Positions 23,961 through 38,979 of a stretch of 64,000 nt of DNA are shown piece after piece. A program made the translations under genes and the position numbers. Within the stretch, counting starts at the first letter, position 1; every line of letters starts with the position of its first letter. The notes beneath the pieces were generated by a model. The model worked only from the letters and a program-made list of their open reading frames with translations, ran no database searches and had not been told where the DNA came from. Origin of the DNA: Azolla caroliniana (Eukaryota; Plantae; Polypodiophyta); NCBI GenBank assembly GCA_043228905.1, contig JBHGNT010000008.1, positions 17,546,001-17,610,000 on the forward strand, written 5' to 3'.

Positions 23961-26900
23961 TCATCTATGGTCTAAAGGATGGGTTTTCGATTTGAAGAAC
24001 TCAATGACGATGCTATATAGATCAGCATTGGCCTTAGTACTGAGGACAAAGTCAAGATGAGCGTAGTTTTCCAGGTACAAGATTTGTGCATCACAAGGTA
24101 ATTTTCCAAAGAGCTTAAGTACATCAGTAAAATCTGCCAATGTATCTTTGCCACCAAATGCCATGAACAAAGGAAGCTCTTTTGGTATCCTTGAGATATC
24201 GTATGCAGGTGCCAAATTGCTACCATAGTGCACCAAGTTTCCTATCACCCCATAATCAAACTTGCTAAATGTTCCCTTCCTTATCACTGCAAATATGAAA
24301 AACAAAAGTTGTATAAACATAGCTAGCATACCACATCAATACACCTGTGGAACTCAACAAGAAATTACACCTGAAAATATCAATACATATATATATCCTT
24401 GATAAACAAAATATCAATACATATATATATCCTTGATAAACATTGCACATAAATGAAAAAGCCCTCAAATAATGCCCTTTAATTCTGAAGTAAAAGGTTA
24501 GTAAAATAAAACTCCGCACTTTCACAAGAGTTATCTATACAGAAAGAATCACAATGTGCATAGAATGAGGTATGTCTCTTTTCCATGCATAAGGGCATTG
24601 GATGATAAATCTTACTCTGAAAATAATGTTCGAGGTTCTTTGTCGAAGATGGATGTGGCTCAAATTTGAGGTAATAAGGAAGCCTTGATTCATTGAAACA
24701 GCAATTAGGACCTAGGAACATATCAACATGAGAATTTTGAATAATGAGTCTTATGAGTGATTGGCTTTATGTGTTCATCATGAATTTAATGGTATTTTTA
24801 CTGAACTCTTTTTTCTTTGCAATCACCTGTAATAGATGATAGTAGATCACCACACATCCCCTCTTTAGAAGCACAAATCCGGTCGACAAGTGTTACCGCA
24901 AAGTCACTGACACCCAAAGGTAGCAAAAAGAATTGAAGATGTGCCCAAAACACTATTAAAATTTTATTGGATTCCACACCCTCAATAAGATATGTCTGGA
25001 AGAAACATTTCTAATCATATCCATGGCCCCTCTTCCCTCCATTGATACATATGTTTACAAACAGCATGAAGGATCCCAGAAACATAAAATTGAAGATAAA
25101 CATTTTCTCCAAATACAAATTGTAACTTATTTTTCTTAGGGGAGGATTAGCATTTGCCTCACCTTCGTAAATTCAGCTGATGAACCCCCACACTTTTGAC
25201 AAACTGCCCATATGAATACAAATAAAAATCATGAGATCTAAAGATCTATCTAGCAATATAGTTACATTAAATTTGTTAAAAAAATAAAGTGTGGATCCCT
25301 ATAGACGTTTATAACTTTTCACTACTTCACCTACTTTCACACAACACAATGCCTTCATCTCCCCAAAATGATATGAGCAACTTCTTGTTGTGAATTGATG
25401 CATCAAGAAATTGTGGGTTGATAAGAAAATGGTGAAATGAGATGCAATATATATAAAGTTAGGGCATACCTTCTCAATTTGCAAGTTAACAGCAGTACGA
25501 ATAAATTGAGAAGACATATTGGAAAGATAGGTTATAGGGCTCAGTAAAGCGGCGGCTGAGATCATTTTCACCACCCTTTCTTCAGTTAAAGATGCAAGTG
25601 CAATTAAAGTTCCCTGGAAATAGAAACCTAGATAAGAATTAACTAAAAGGTTTGAATTGAGAATGTAACAAGTAAATTTCTGTAACATAAATGCAAATTA
25701 GTTTGACATTACTGAGGATGAGACAACATCCGATTCAAAGAGTATTGAGAAGTTTTAAGTCCCTTAAAATATGGTGCATTCCTGGGAAAGTAGCATCATT
25801 GCAATAAAGTATAGAGGCCAATAAAAATTAATATCATTTTCATGGGCGTATACATAACTATGTGATTTAAGGCTGATGGGTAAGCTAATGTCAAATTTCC
25901 CAGGACCCATGTAATGTCAATATCCTGTAATGGATGATAATGTGAATCTTTTGGGGAAAATATAATGTGAAATCTCCTAAAACCAATATAGCATAATCAA
26001 ACCTAGTATACCAATAAGAACCTAATGGGGGAAAGAAAAATGAACTTAAGAATGGGAAGTAGCTTAAATTAGAGAAAGTAACGAGAATGTAAATATAAAT
26101 TTACCTGAGAATGGCCAACATAATATATCTGAGATTGTGTAACGTTATAAACTAGCTCAAGCATTGCTGGAAGATCATGTCCTGCAAGCTCATCCCAACT
26201 CCAATTCCAAAATTCCTGGGGGATAAAAAATTATGATATCTTAAATAAGAGATTACTCAAGCAAAACATCTGAATGGTAAAATAGACAGAAATGAGGAAC
26301 CCTTTTTCAATAGTTGGAATACATTTTATGATAAAATAGGATGGATGTGCATCACAAAAAGGCACATAAGAATGAACAAGACCTTTGAATGCTTGGACAT
26401 TGACATGTGGCCATGACTCCACCTTGTACCACGAACATTACCAACCCATACATCAAAACCTGCATCAGCAAGTAGAAATCCCAAAGATTGTTCTGCTGTG
26501 TTCTCAAACCATGTGTCACCAGCCTATTAAGATATATATCAACAGAAACACATTCTTTAGTAACAGATTTGGAGTGCTTCAGTATGCATAAACTGTGTAA
26601 TAAGTACACACAAACCATGATATAAGTAAGTATGCAGAAATCACATGGTAAATATGTGTAAACCATGCACTGAGCATGCATCCATCATGCATTAAGCATG
26701 TATACACCCTCTAATAAGTATGCATAATCATGGTAATGCTTTGAGCCCTTATCTTCTAACCTGGAACAAACCATGTTGTAAAAACACAGGTGGTCGTGGT
26801 AAAACCATGTTTCCATCACTCCCGTATGGGATCCTCTGTACCCCAAGCACATACCCATCATCTGTAGTGGTCTGGAAGTATACAATTAAAAACATATTGA

Positions 26901-27842
26901 GTTAAAACCATACACAAAATCACTAAAGATTTACATATATTCACAATATTTACTGTGTTGAAACACAAATGCTCCATATACATATTCATTTATGGAAAAA
27001 CGTGAAGAATACCAATTTTGGCTCTTTCTCAGAGGAAAATACCGAATTTTAAGTTATGTTTGCAAAAAAATGATCTTCCTGTTGTCTAATGGAGAGACTT
27101 AACTCCTAATTTCTTATTTACTTTTAGGGCTTTATACCTTAACCAAAATTCTCAAACCATTTATATTTAAGTATAAAAGTCTATGGAATTCTCCCTCACT
27201 TGCTCTTGGTACTCAATACTAACGATAACGATATAGTCATTTGGGTCTATTTAGTGCTCATATTCATGATGCCATATTATATGATAGATCGTGGTGCTTT
27301 TTTTACATGATGTGCCCGTATTCTTCTTCTTCTTCGACACTTCATTTTACTAAACACATCAAAATATGTACAGAATTGTCTTCTTATTTATCAAAAGTAA
27401 CTAAAGAAAGGGTATCAGTTGTATTCCATTAGAGAGAAGAAAAAATGAGAATATCATTGATGTATTCATCCATTCATTGTGCACAATATATATACGTGTA
27501 TGATAGAGCCATGCATCAGAGCGCTATTTAATGAGACAAAGAAAGAAATTCAGGCGTTACAGATGCATAATGCAAAAAAGAAGATGAAAGATGAAGAAGA
27601 AGAAGAAGAAGATGATGATGATGATGATGATGAATGGATGGATGTATGGAAAAAGAACAAGAAAAAGAAGAAAATGGGGAGACTGATCTTACTCTGTATT
27701 CGATGCAGGGGTAACCTAATGGATGGATAAGTGCGGAGCAGAGGCTATCATCGACATCTTCATTAGCAGAAGATGAAGAAGAAAAAGAAGAAGAAGCTCC
27801 ATGGAAGAGGGAGAAGAAGAGGAGGAACAGAGTAAATCGCAT
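23961..27842 (-). CDS. Secreted triacylglycerol/acid lipase paralogue, 9 exons: 27842-27693, 26871-26761, 26523-26383, 26215-26105, 25613-25470, 25203-25163, 24906-24827, 24711-24616, 24286-23961
   Basis: MRFTLFLL signal peptide; LGYPCIEY; PPVFLQHGL; GHSQG; GGKDTLAD; YAHLDF; same intron positions as lipase 1. Confidence 0.93.
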
Positions 27843-30800
27843 GGTATCTCTATTACCTCTCTGTGTGCTTGTGACTGGTTTTTTTTTCTCAGAAGAAATC
27901 AAACCATATATTTATAACCTCCTATTTCCTTGTTATTACAATTGTAGCCCCCCCCCTCTATTATTCTCTCCATGAATATAAATAAAACAAGCCAAAATAC
28001 TTTCCCTTTGTTCTCTTTTCATGTACTTTTCATTCATGATTGCTGTAAAGAAAGCCAAAAAGCCTTGCAGAATGCAATACAGGAAATATAAGCAAAAAGC
28101 AAAAAAACAATCAATCCGGATTGTTTATGTATGTGCCTCTCGTTGCCCATAACATAGCAACGTGACACAACCTGAAGTCTCTAAGTACATATGAGTTACT
28201 CCTGAACATTTGTAATGCCAAGCTTGACCTGACCTGGATTGACTTGACTTGACATGACCTAGCTTGACTTGACTTGACATGACCTTACTTGATGTACCTA
28301 ACTAGACTCGATGTAACCTTCCTTTCGTGACTCCTTACATAAATCACTAGCACACTATTGGTGCAGTTTGTTGTTTGAATAGGCCTGTGTTTGGAGACTT
28401 TACCATTAGTTGTTGTAACAAGCGAGCAATTCTCGAACAGAACAAGTGTATGGGAATGTAGTCGTGCTTTCAGGCAATTGTTGCATTAAATAGGCTAGCA
28501 AGGGCAACGTATAGTTTCAAGAGGCGTGAGTTCAAATATGTTGGTGTCGTCGTCATTTTTGTAATGCTTAAATATTGGTGTTGTCATTCATAAAGGCCCT
28601 AAAGTCTAGGATCAAGAAGCCTTGATTTTCTTAAATAGTTACAGCTTGGTTTTGTTATTCTTGGGTTGTCAAACACTTACTAAACCCTTGACTTTAACCA
28701 GTTAGTTCAAACCCTTTAATATAGACAAGATCACCTTGTGCCTCGTAGATAATGGCTTATTAGTGAGCACTTGGTTTGTTTAAAGATGTGAAGAAGGAAT
28801 TTCATGTCTAGTTTTAAGAGTGTCACTAATACCCATAGTAAAAAAGTAAAGAATTTCATATACATAGGTGTAGGTAATAAATGATTTCTCTTGTGAATTA
28901 GTTTGAGAATTGAGGCATCGAAATCGCTTTAAATGCATCATGTTTGCTCTAGATGTACGTTGTTCGGTGGGCATATGAAAAAGGTACATGGGTTCCTCGT
29001 TCATGTCTTCAATGCTCTTCCTTCGGAAATTATGATTGAGATGGTCCTAGCTTTCGTACAATTGGGCATTAGAATGTTTTTTATTTTTCTTTACGCAACG
29101 TTTAAGGTTTGAAAGAATTAGTTTTACTACGACTAGATCATCACTTTATACATTTTATCCATAATGCTTTTTCACATGGTGCTTTAACGAGAGATGTTGG
29201 GGTAAATACTATACCCTCTTTGATATTGTTCACCCATATTCCATGATGTGTAAGTTGTGCGCCTTGTTACAGCAACCCTTCTGGATACCCATGGCCCCCC
29301 AACTTGTGCAAAACGTCATAAAACTGAAAGATGCCAAGCTATAAATATAGTTGGCCAAGTTGCAAGAAAGAATTGACGCAAATCCAAGTGGAGAGCATGA
29401 GAAGCCAAAGTATTAATTCACTAGCTATTGTTGCACTCAACATACATGAAGCTAGGGCATTAATTCACAAGCTAGTATACATCATTCAATGCACAAAATG
29501 GTATAGAAGAAACAACCTAAGATTATGTATATATTCATGAAACAATGGGACAGTACATTTTCGTGCCTCAAGTTTACTTTTTTGAGACATCTTCAAAACG
29601 CAAATGAACAACAAATTTATCTTACCTTGAGATTATTTTTTTGAGACATCATCCAAAATATAAATGGATGGCAGGAACTGCCACTATGTAGTAGTGACAA
29701 GAACATACCCATACGCCCATGAAAACATTGACAAACCCCAAGTATTCTCTTAGTTAGTAATGACAACGTTGACTTTATTTAGTGTTCCTTATAATAAGGT
29801 AAGTTCATCCAATAGGGAAAACATACATACATATATTTACTTGTTTATAAATTTATAAGCATATATACACATGCATATGCATTTGGTACATGTGTGTATG
29901 TGTTAAACAAATATCTACATACACATACATGTTGTGGGTAACGTATTTGCTTTTGGAAACTTGCTACATCATAAAGGAGGTATTGGGATGCGTGAGAGGC
30001 TACCTTGGTGTTCACATTGGTAAACGACTGAGGCAGGTTCCATAGTGCTTGTACCCCTTTGGAAGTACCAGTCACTGTCACCTACCTCATAGCATGCACC
30101 TTGGGCCCTCTAATGAGCATTCCCTCTAATGAGTTGGCAAATGCATAATCTTAATGATTAATATGAAAAAGTAATATTTGTCGACTTGGGGGACTTTGGA
30201 CACGACAAAAATCGCGGTCAAGGTTGAAAAGCCAAGTGCTAGGTGGTCAAACTACTCTCCATAACGAGACATATACCCCCCTTGATCCAAACTAAAAAAA
30301 ATGACACATACTTGCCATGCACTTCGATTTCCAAAGTAAGGGCATTCAATTCAAGTTTCAAGACATTGTGGTTTGAAAAAAGGACATCATATCATTTAAC
30401 AAAGATTTGCATGCTTCATGTTGTGAACCGTGCTTGGATACTCTATATCTAGTTTATGGTATTTACGAAACAAGATGAACAGATTATGATAAGCCACATT
30501 CGATAACGCTACTACTCCAACATAGTTATTGTGAGGAAACATGATATGGCATGGGTTTCCATTACTATACATTATGCGTATATCATTCAGTACTCAACAA
30601 CACATTGGGATCACTATCCTTGTAAAGTTGTCAATTAGCATGTGCAACTATGGACACATTTAAGTTGTGAAAATGGATAGGACAAACAACAATAGAGCAA
30701 CTAAAACCAAATTAGGCAAAGTAAACCAAATTATGATCTGAATGTACCGAGTGCCATATGATCCATAAACTAAATTCAGTAAAATGATGATAAGATGCCA

Positions 30801-31941
30801 TTGCTAATCATTTTAGAGGAAATGCAATACACTACTCGCATATGTGAAAGAAATTCAACAATGCAAGTGGCATTAGTTAACTTCGAACAAATATCAAGAG
30901 CAATGACATACATGATGGCATGACAACATATATTGGCTCATGCACCCGATTCTTCAATTGTCCATCCCTACAAAATGCAACAAGGATAATAAGGTTGGGA
31001 CTTCATCTTTACATTCGTATTACTGTTGGGCCCAACTCAAGAATGGGAAACTAATGTGATTATTCATCATTATCATTCATGTTGTCAACGAGACAATGAC
31101 ATTCCAATGCAGTAAACCATTCTATTGTCAATTACGCAAGTTAATCCAAGAACACCAAAGATAATGCCGAAGATATAATGACCATGTCTTGATGACCAAC
31201 TTAAACGTACCATAGCAGAATAATTTAAGCCTTTTTGACACTCAAAATCCAGAAATTTTAATACACATCATCAAAATCCAAATCACACTACACATCAATA
31301 CCATTACATGACCAGCTAACTGGTCCTGAAAGAGATTAAATGACATTGGAAATCAAGCCTTCCTGAAAATCGAGATTGGTAGTCTCTATATAATCAACAA
31401 ATTTGAGTATGAAAAATAATGGCCGAAACATTGATGTAAGTTCCAGAAATGTAATGATATGGCGAAATTTCAAACTCTTCTCTCGAGTAGATTGTATAAA
31501 TAAAAAACTTATTACAATAAAAGAAAATCCTAACAATTTTTTTATTTAATGGAATGAGAACCCATAAAGATAAATGTCTTCTTATAAGAATGTTTAACCT
31601 TCCCCAAAGGCAAAAGAAACATCCCAGTAGATCATTCGATACTCAAGTAAGGATCCATCAAGAGAAAGATGCAACAAAATTATTTCTCTCCATAGATGCC
31701 GATAAACAATTCTCTTAATGAAAGGCCTAATATGTATAGAAATAAGTACATTCTCTGGGGACTTTGGATCGTGTAGTTCCTATCACAAAAGATAAACTAG
31801 ATACAAAGAAGTTGTTTGTCCGTCTAAAGAGACTTGCACTATAAAGATCTATCCAAACTCCCCAGAAGGAAAAGGCTGAAGAATTAGTTACAAATTACAT
31901 TATGAACTAAATCTAGCTATTGATTTGATAATTACAAAGAT

Positions 31942-34900
31942 TTATCGAATATGTGTCCGCCCCAGAGACCAGACTCCATTCTCACGTGAATCATTCTGCT
32001 GAGGACAATAAATTGCAACAAGATAAATAAACAAATCACCCGATGTTCTGGTGACAAGAAAACAAGATGACATTTACCTTACACACACATGTTAATAGAC
32101 AGGACAACATAAGAGGAATAAATGTGTTATGTGCATGCATATACGGTAAGTACATGTATAAGAATACGTGTATGTGTGTGCATATATCTATATACACACA
32201 TATATGCAATGCTTCGCTGGCGTAGGAGAATAATCCAATATCTGACAGTGTAATATAAAGGGAAATGGTGATAGATCACCCCTATGCTATTGAACACAAG
32301 ATAAGGATCATCGGATATGCCGACAGTAAATGGTATATTGATCCAATGATAGAGGAAATAAGACCACATTGGAAGTTGGGGGTGTTAGCTAAAAACCGCT
32401 ATTCAGATTAGATTGGGACCCAATTGATTATCAATGGACAGATCCTTACACAGGTAACAAGTTCAATTTCTTCCAATATTCTGTACAGTTAGGACGGCGT
32501 ACTTTCAGATACATGTGATGTGTTGCCAGCTGCATATCAATATTGGAATCAACAAGGTATTACTCCCCAATTTCTTGCAAAATTCTGGGATATCTTATGG
32601 GCAAGAAAACAGCCACACAAAATATTGCATGTACAATGGTTAGTTGTACACTGGGCATTGCCGGTTGGCACATGGTTGCATAGGATGGGAGTATCTTCTG
32701 GTTGTACTCGATGTCATTTACAAACGGAAACTCAAAAACATTGTTTATGGGAATGCATTGAGTCTCAACTGATACGGCAATGTCTCCTTAGAATTTTTGC
32801 TAATTAGTTTTCACTTGGGGCATGGTGGTTTGGACATCACTTGTCCGTGATGCATTCCATTATGACACCAAATCTATGGACCATGGGTTCTACACTAAAG
32901 ATGGAAGTGTTCATACATTACCACTGCTGTCATTACAGTTTTCAGGAGTACGGAAGGAAGTTCAGTTAGTACGGGAGATACTGAGTAGTACCATTGTATA
33001 TCACATCTGGAAGACTCGGTGCTTTCTCGTTTTCCATCAACTTAAAACACCACCAGCTAAAGTGGTTTCAAATATTTGGTTAGACATAGTTCATACTTTG
33101 AAGGGTCAATGGGATGGTATAGCTGGACATTCTGAGGCTAAAATTGCTCGACGGCATGAGTTTCTTATTAGCTGGACAGCTACTCCATTCATGACTTCCA
33201 ATTACGGCACACCTTATTGGCATTTTCAGCCTCCAAAATGGTTGTTTTCCCCACCGATCACATAGAGATTTAAAATATTGTAAAACGTTTTATGCTAATG
33301 TCAAGATATCTTCTTTAAAAAATATATATATAAAGGGAAACTTCTGCAGTAGCAAAATTTGATCTCTACAGTGGGGTATTCTGGTTAAGTTTTCAACACC
33401 TAAGGGATTCCAATGAACACCCAAAACAAGGCATCCGAGAAAGATAGTGACAAGAGAGAAATCAGTAATCAATCCTCTGATCTTGTTTTCATGAGATTCA
33501 AGGACAACACTTTTTGAACCAATATAACAATATATGATTTTTAAGAAAGATCAAACAGATCTTTTTAATTTCTGAGAAGCAATACCATTATATTTATATG
33601 CATCACATATGCAAATAAATTTTACCTGTGATTTTGGTGAAGGAAAAACGGTCCAAAACCTAAGGGTTTCATCACCAGCACCAGTCACAATTGTCTGTAT
33701 AGAAAGAGGTAAAGAAAAATGCACAAGAGAATCAACAACAAGCTTGTTGGCAGTAGATATGGTTGAGCTAGGAGAAATGGAGAATGTGAGACATGAACCC
33801 ATCACCTGACCATCTGGTGATATTGCAAGATATAGTACTCTAAATGTATGCCCAGTTAAGGTTGCAAGCTGCACAATTCATAAAGGTGACAAAAAGTTAC
33901 AAAGAGCTTCTCATCAGTGCTCAGAAAAAATCGCCTTGAGAAATAGAAACACAGATTAGAATCGTTGAGCTTGACAAATCGAATATTTATAAAAAGTGCA
34001 AATGTCTATTTACAGATTTTCTACTAGATTTCTTATAAACTTTTTGAGATTGTGGTCAAAATAATTAGTTACCCATTGGAAATGTATTTCGAAAGGAAAG
34101 AAATCCATGATTTTCTACGAGGATTCTTATACGTTTGCGAGCTCTTATAAATACTCCTATTGTTTCATACATGAGAAAAAAAAACTATATCTTTGTGGAT
34201 CAATGATGCAAAGTTTAACTTTCCAAACATCCCAAGTTATCACTAAGAAGCCATGAAATTGACATGAATTTGGAGTTCTTTTTCCCAGTTTTTTGATGGC
34301 TTACCTTGGACATAGTTGGGTAGCGCCAAACGATAATTTGATTTTGCGAGTAACCATGGGTGCTCACAAGCTCATTGACATTTTTGGACCACACAAGATT
34401 ACAGACCTGAAATAGACCCTCAAACGTAAGTATCTCTCAAAAATCAAATTAGACTCAGCATTACAATTTAGCAAAGCCTAATCCACAATCTTAGATAACA
34501 CCAGACCTTAAATGTGAAACCAGTGGAAATGTTTCACACTATTCAAATGTGATACAGATTCTTATATAAAACTTTCACAATAATACACATTTCTTCTACA
34601 GATATGTTTTTGAAAAGCATTTAGGCTCATTTCAATCAGTTTAACAGCACATAATATAAACTATAATCATGTTTAAATGTGACTAGGACCTAAATAACTT
34701 CAAAGCCCAAAATGCTCCAAAATAGGTTTCTGTGGTCCTATATCCCAATCAATTTAGCAGTAAAAAGAAAAAACTGTAGTTTTCCATCAATATGCAAGGG
34801 AATACATCATGTTTTAAAGAAAAACTATATATACCTGGCTTCCTGTGTCAACACAGTTCAAGTTTGAATTGGTTGCAGTGTTCCAAAATCTTATGCATCT

Positions 34901-37818
34901 GTCAGCAGTACCACCACCAGATGCTAGAAGTCCATGCTGATGAGGAGACCATGCAATTGCTTTCACAGCAGCTGTATGTTCAGTGAATTTCAGCATGGGT
35001 TGTGTCCCTTGTTGACCCCAAACAAAGAGCTGAAAACAACTATTTTGTCAGTTGAAAAACTTGATCAAACTATGCATGACATAAGCAACAAAAATATTAA
35101 GTCAATAACTCATTGAAGGTACTGATTGCATGATATAATCTATAAGAATATAGCTTTTGGATTCACTATCTAATGTAAGTCACTCAAAACAATCTGTTGA
35201 CATAAGCAAAGTTCTTTGGTAAGATCAATCAAAATTGAGCACCAACCTGATTATCATTTCCTCCTGATGCTAGCTCCCGATCATCATATGACCATTTCAA
35301 TCCACAAACCTAATGTGTTAAAACAAATTTTTGACTTAGGATTTGAAGAAGAAATTCATTAAGTAATCATAAATATGTCAAATCTTATTTTTACCCACTT
35401 CAGACTTGTGTCCAATTAATTTTCCGACAAAATCATCCCGTACACGAATGTCACGTTGCAAAATACTCCGATCCCGACTGCCTGAAGACAAAATGTTTGA
35501 ACTCCATGCTAATGTACCAACCCTAGTGCGATGCCCTTCCATAATCCTTATTCTTTTACATCGCGCAGCATCCCAGATCTACAAATATAAATGGGTGAAG
35601 TTGCATTAAGCTAACAATGGCTATGGCAATGTATACATGGTCAATAAGAAAAATACTATATCACAAGAGCAGTAAATAAAGACTAGTTTGCAGACATAAA
35701 AAATAGATTGAATAGATAGTGAACTACAGCATACCTGCACCTCGCCAAGATTTGTGCCGACTGCTAAGTATGTGCCTCTCTGGGTCCATCCAACTGAACA
35801 AACAGAGTCGCTTGGACCTAGGTCACACAGCCTTGTTACCTAAACAGAAACCAATAATGAAATATGACTTTTGGCAGTTCAAACCAGCAACACGCTCATT
35901 AGACTTCATTAGAGAATTCAAAAGAACCTTGCTAGTACATGCACTCCATAGATAGACACACGTTCCTAGGCCAACTGACAGCACATTATGTGATGACCAA
36001 TCCACTAAATTGAGGTAGAAATCATCCTGCAAGGCAGGTGCATCAAGTACCTATAAGAAGAAAAACACCATGTGAATAACTGTGAAATATCATCCCGTAT
36101 ATGGAAGAGCACTTGCAAACATTGAACACAATTCTTGTATGTAAAGAAATCGCACATAAAGGATAATGAATTGGTTTTAGATTGAACAGAGATAGTTCAT
36201 TAGAAGAGAAACCTATTGCAAACGCTGAATGCATGCTTATATGTTAAGATATTTTGTGTTAAATAATAGGAGGTAAGGACTTTAGAATTGTTTTCGAAAC
36301 AAATTATGAACCCAAAGAGCAGGGAGTTCTTTCCAGCATTGAATGCATGCTTATATTTAAGAAATGGCATATATAGGAACTACATAACCATTTTTACATC
36401 ATAAAAATATACTTGTAGTTGAGAGCCCATTTAACATTGAGGAGCATGCCTGTATGTCAGAAGAAAAAGAACAAAATATAGGTGAATGGAATTTAGGGCT
36501 TGAATTTAAATCACTTGGGTAGTTCAGTAGAACATGGAATGCCTGATATATGTTATAATATAGCATATACAAGAACTTAACTTAGGTATTGGCTTTGAAT
36601 CAAATGAGAGAGAATTTAAATACTGATCGTGTGTTATGAAATATCATTTACGGAATCAAGTATTGGTTTTAAGCATTAAATGCATTCTTATGTGCTGAGA
36701 AAATAGCATAGAACAACTTCAGAATTTGCCATCAAGCATGCATAATTCTGCAGTATGAGAGCCTGAATCTCCTCTTGCATTAGAGCCTGAATGTAAGAGT
36801 TATTGTACTCATTCTAATATTCACAAAGCTCCCAATTGGGACCAACAAGAGAAATCACTGTGTGCTTTTAGGTTCACATAATAGAAGCAGGGAGTGAGCC
36901 AAACTATTAGCTGGAGTAGAGCCCAAAGTTACAGCTTCCAGCTAAGAACCAGCTAATCCATGCGTATACTGTGAGGTGACAAAGGTTGTGTGCATGAATA
37001 TGCAGAGAGAAACAGCATTTCCTCCCCACATTCTGCATCTTTTCAAATTAAGCGTTCATTCAAAATATTTGCATATGGAAATGCAAAGAGATGCAGCACC
37101 TTCATTCCCATTACATTGTGCATGTCTTCCATGACAGGCATTAATTCAAAAGATTCCATTCATAGAAATTTTACACACATCCCTTCAAGATACGCATTGC
37201 GAGGATTCCTACATAGAATCACATAAAGCAAAGGTACATCTCTAAAGCAGATTGTGCAATGAAAAGATACATAAGAATCAATTCAAAAGACTCTTATATA
37301 AGAGACGAAGAATCAATTCAAAAGACTCCTATATAAGAGACGAATTATGCAATGAAAAGAAACATAGGAATAAATCCAAAAGATTCAAATATAGGAGATG
37401 CAAGAGAGGAAAGTCCCACGTCGTGCATGCCTCTTAGAGATAAGAAATTCATTTTGTTCAAAAGTTTGCTATCAAGCAAAAGAACCTTCCCACATTGTGG
37501 GAAATTCTCCAATATAGACAATTCACTCAAAAGATGTCTATACAGAAATGTACATAGAGGAAAAAACTGCCAAGCACCTTCCTTCCCACATTGTGCATTG
37601 CTTCTGGAATATCATCCATTCAAATTAATTTTTCATATAGAAAAGCTTAGAGCAAGAAAAGGAAAGATATATAACCTCTTTTAAGAGGTTGAAATGGCCT
37701 ATAAGACAGAAGTCTTTTAAGAGGCTGAAATGTCTTATTATGAGACTGAACAAGAGATTACATCTTATTATGTTATCCTATCTTCAAGAAGGTCAACCCA
37801 AATTAAATATAGCTAAAT

Positions 37819-37862
<44 letters not shown>

Positions 37863-38642
37863 AACTTCCTTCTTATACTATGCAATTAGCTTAAGCATAC
37901 TTCGATGTACAAATTCACAGCTAGAAGGCAGAAAAAGAGAGAATAAGGTATCTACCTTGTATGGAGATCGTGGAATCTTCCTTGGAGCTTTCCGTGGGCT
38001 CGAGACGCTTCCAGATAGTGCACCATCCAACCCAACTGGAGAGAGAGAATAAGGAGACTCAGGCTTCGAATTCGACCCACTCTTGAACCTAAATATGTTT
38101 TTGCTAGTAGGACTCAAAGGTGAGTAGAATTTAGTGTCTTTCGAAGAAGAATTCAATTTCTCGGGTGTGGATGGGGACAAAGGACCAGCCATTTCTTCGC
38201 CGAAAAGCTCTGTTCTGAGAAGCATGGAATAGGCTGCAGCGCCATCATCACGGCCATCAGATGAGAGACCACAGAAGGTCGTTCCTGAAGAAGAAGCGGG
38301 TGACTTGTCCAATAAGGAGAACGTGCTAAGGTTCGAACCTGATCGGCTTGGGATGAATCGATCACTATATGAGGTTCTAGATGGAGATGGCGTGTGGAAA
38401 CTAGGGTTGGGATTAGGGTTAGGTTTTGGTGAGTTGGGATTAGGGTGTGGATTTAGGTTAGAACTAGGGTTTTGGTTTAGGTTAGAATAATCAGGGATTG
38501 GGTTTAGGTTAGGGTTAGGGTTAGGGTTAGGATTCGGGTTAAGGTTTAAATTAGGAATTGGATGCAGCGAGAGTGCGCCTGGTTGTGTGAAATTGGGATT
38601 GGGGGCATTTGCAAAATTGGCATCCGTGCCCTGTTCTTCCAT
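31942..38642 (-). CDS. FZR: FIZZY-RELATED / CCS52 / Cdh1 APC/C activator (WD40), 10 exons: 38642-37956, 36050-35928, 35839-35735, 35578-35399, 35309-35247, 35029-34835, 34406-34305, 33868-33806, 33694-33626, 31998-31942
   Basis: C-box DRFIPSR, CSM-like [69 protein letters not shown], and terminal IR tail (…[11 protein letters not shown]) in a small last exon. Confidence 0.96.
32330..33290 (+). mobile_element. 5'-truncated L1-like LINE 3' fragment in the last FZR intron (antisense)
   Basis: zf-RVT-like W..LW..P.KI....W...H..LP..CxxC..ET..HCLWEC and IVYHIWKTR motifs in ORFs 32520..32807 and 32822..33265. Confidence 0.75.
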
Positions 38643-38811
38643 GGATTGATTGCAGGTGCAGGAAACATGAGAATGGCAATGGAATTGAAAGGTAAGCTAA
38701 CAGGAAAGCGTCATGTTGGCGATTTGGGGGGGAAGGGGGGGTGATGATGAATCAACACGTGAAGGATCGATCGGTGGTGGCGAATGGCGATGATGAAAGA
38801 AAGATGCAGAA

Positions 38812-38847
<36 letters not shown>

Positions 38848-38979
38848 AAGAAGAAGGGGAGACCCTCGACCTTTCGCCTCTGAATCCGGACTTTCCTTCT
38901 TCTTCTTCTCTTTCTCTTCTCTCCAGCCCAATTCATCACATTTATTCTATGTACAATACATATATACTGTTATACATAT

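Noticed and set aside
28700-31250. Possible decayed DNA-transposon coding sequence between lipase 2 and FZR
   Set aside because: No recognisable catalytic motifs, TIRs or TSD by eye
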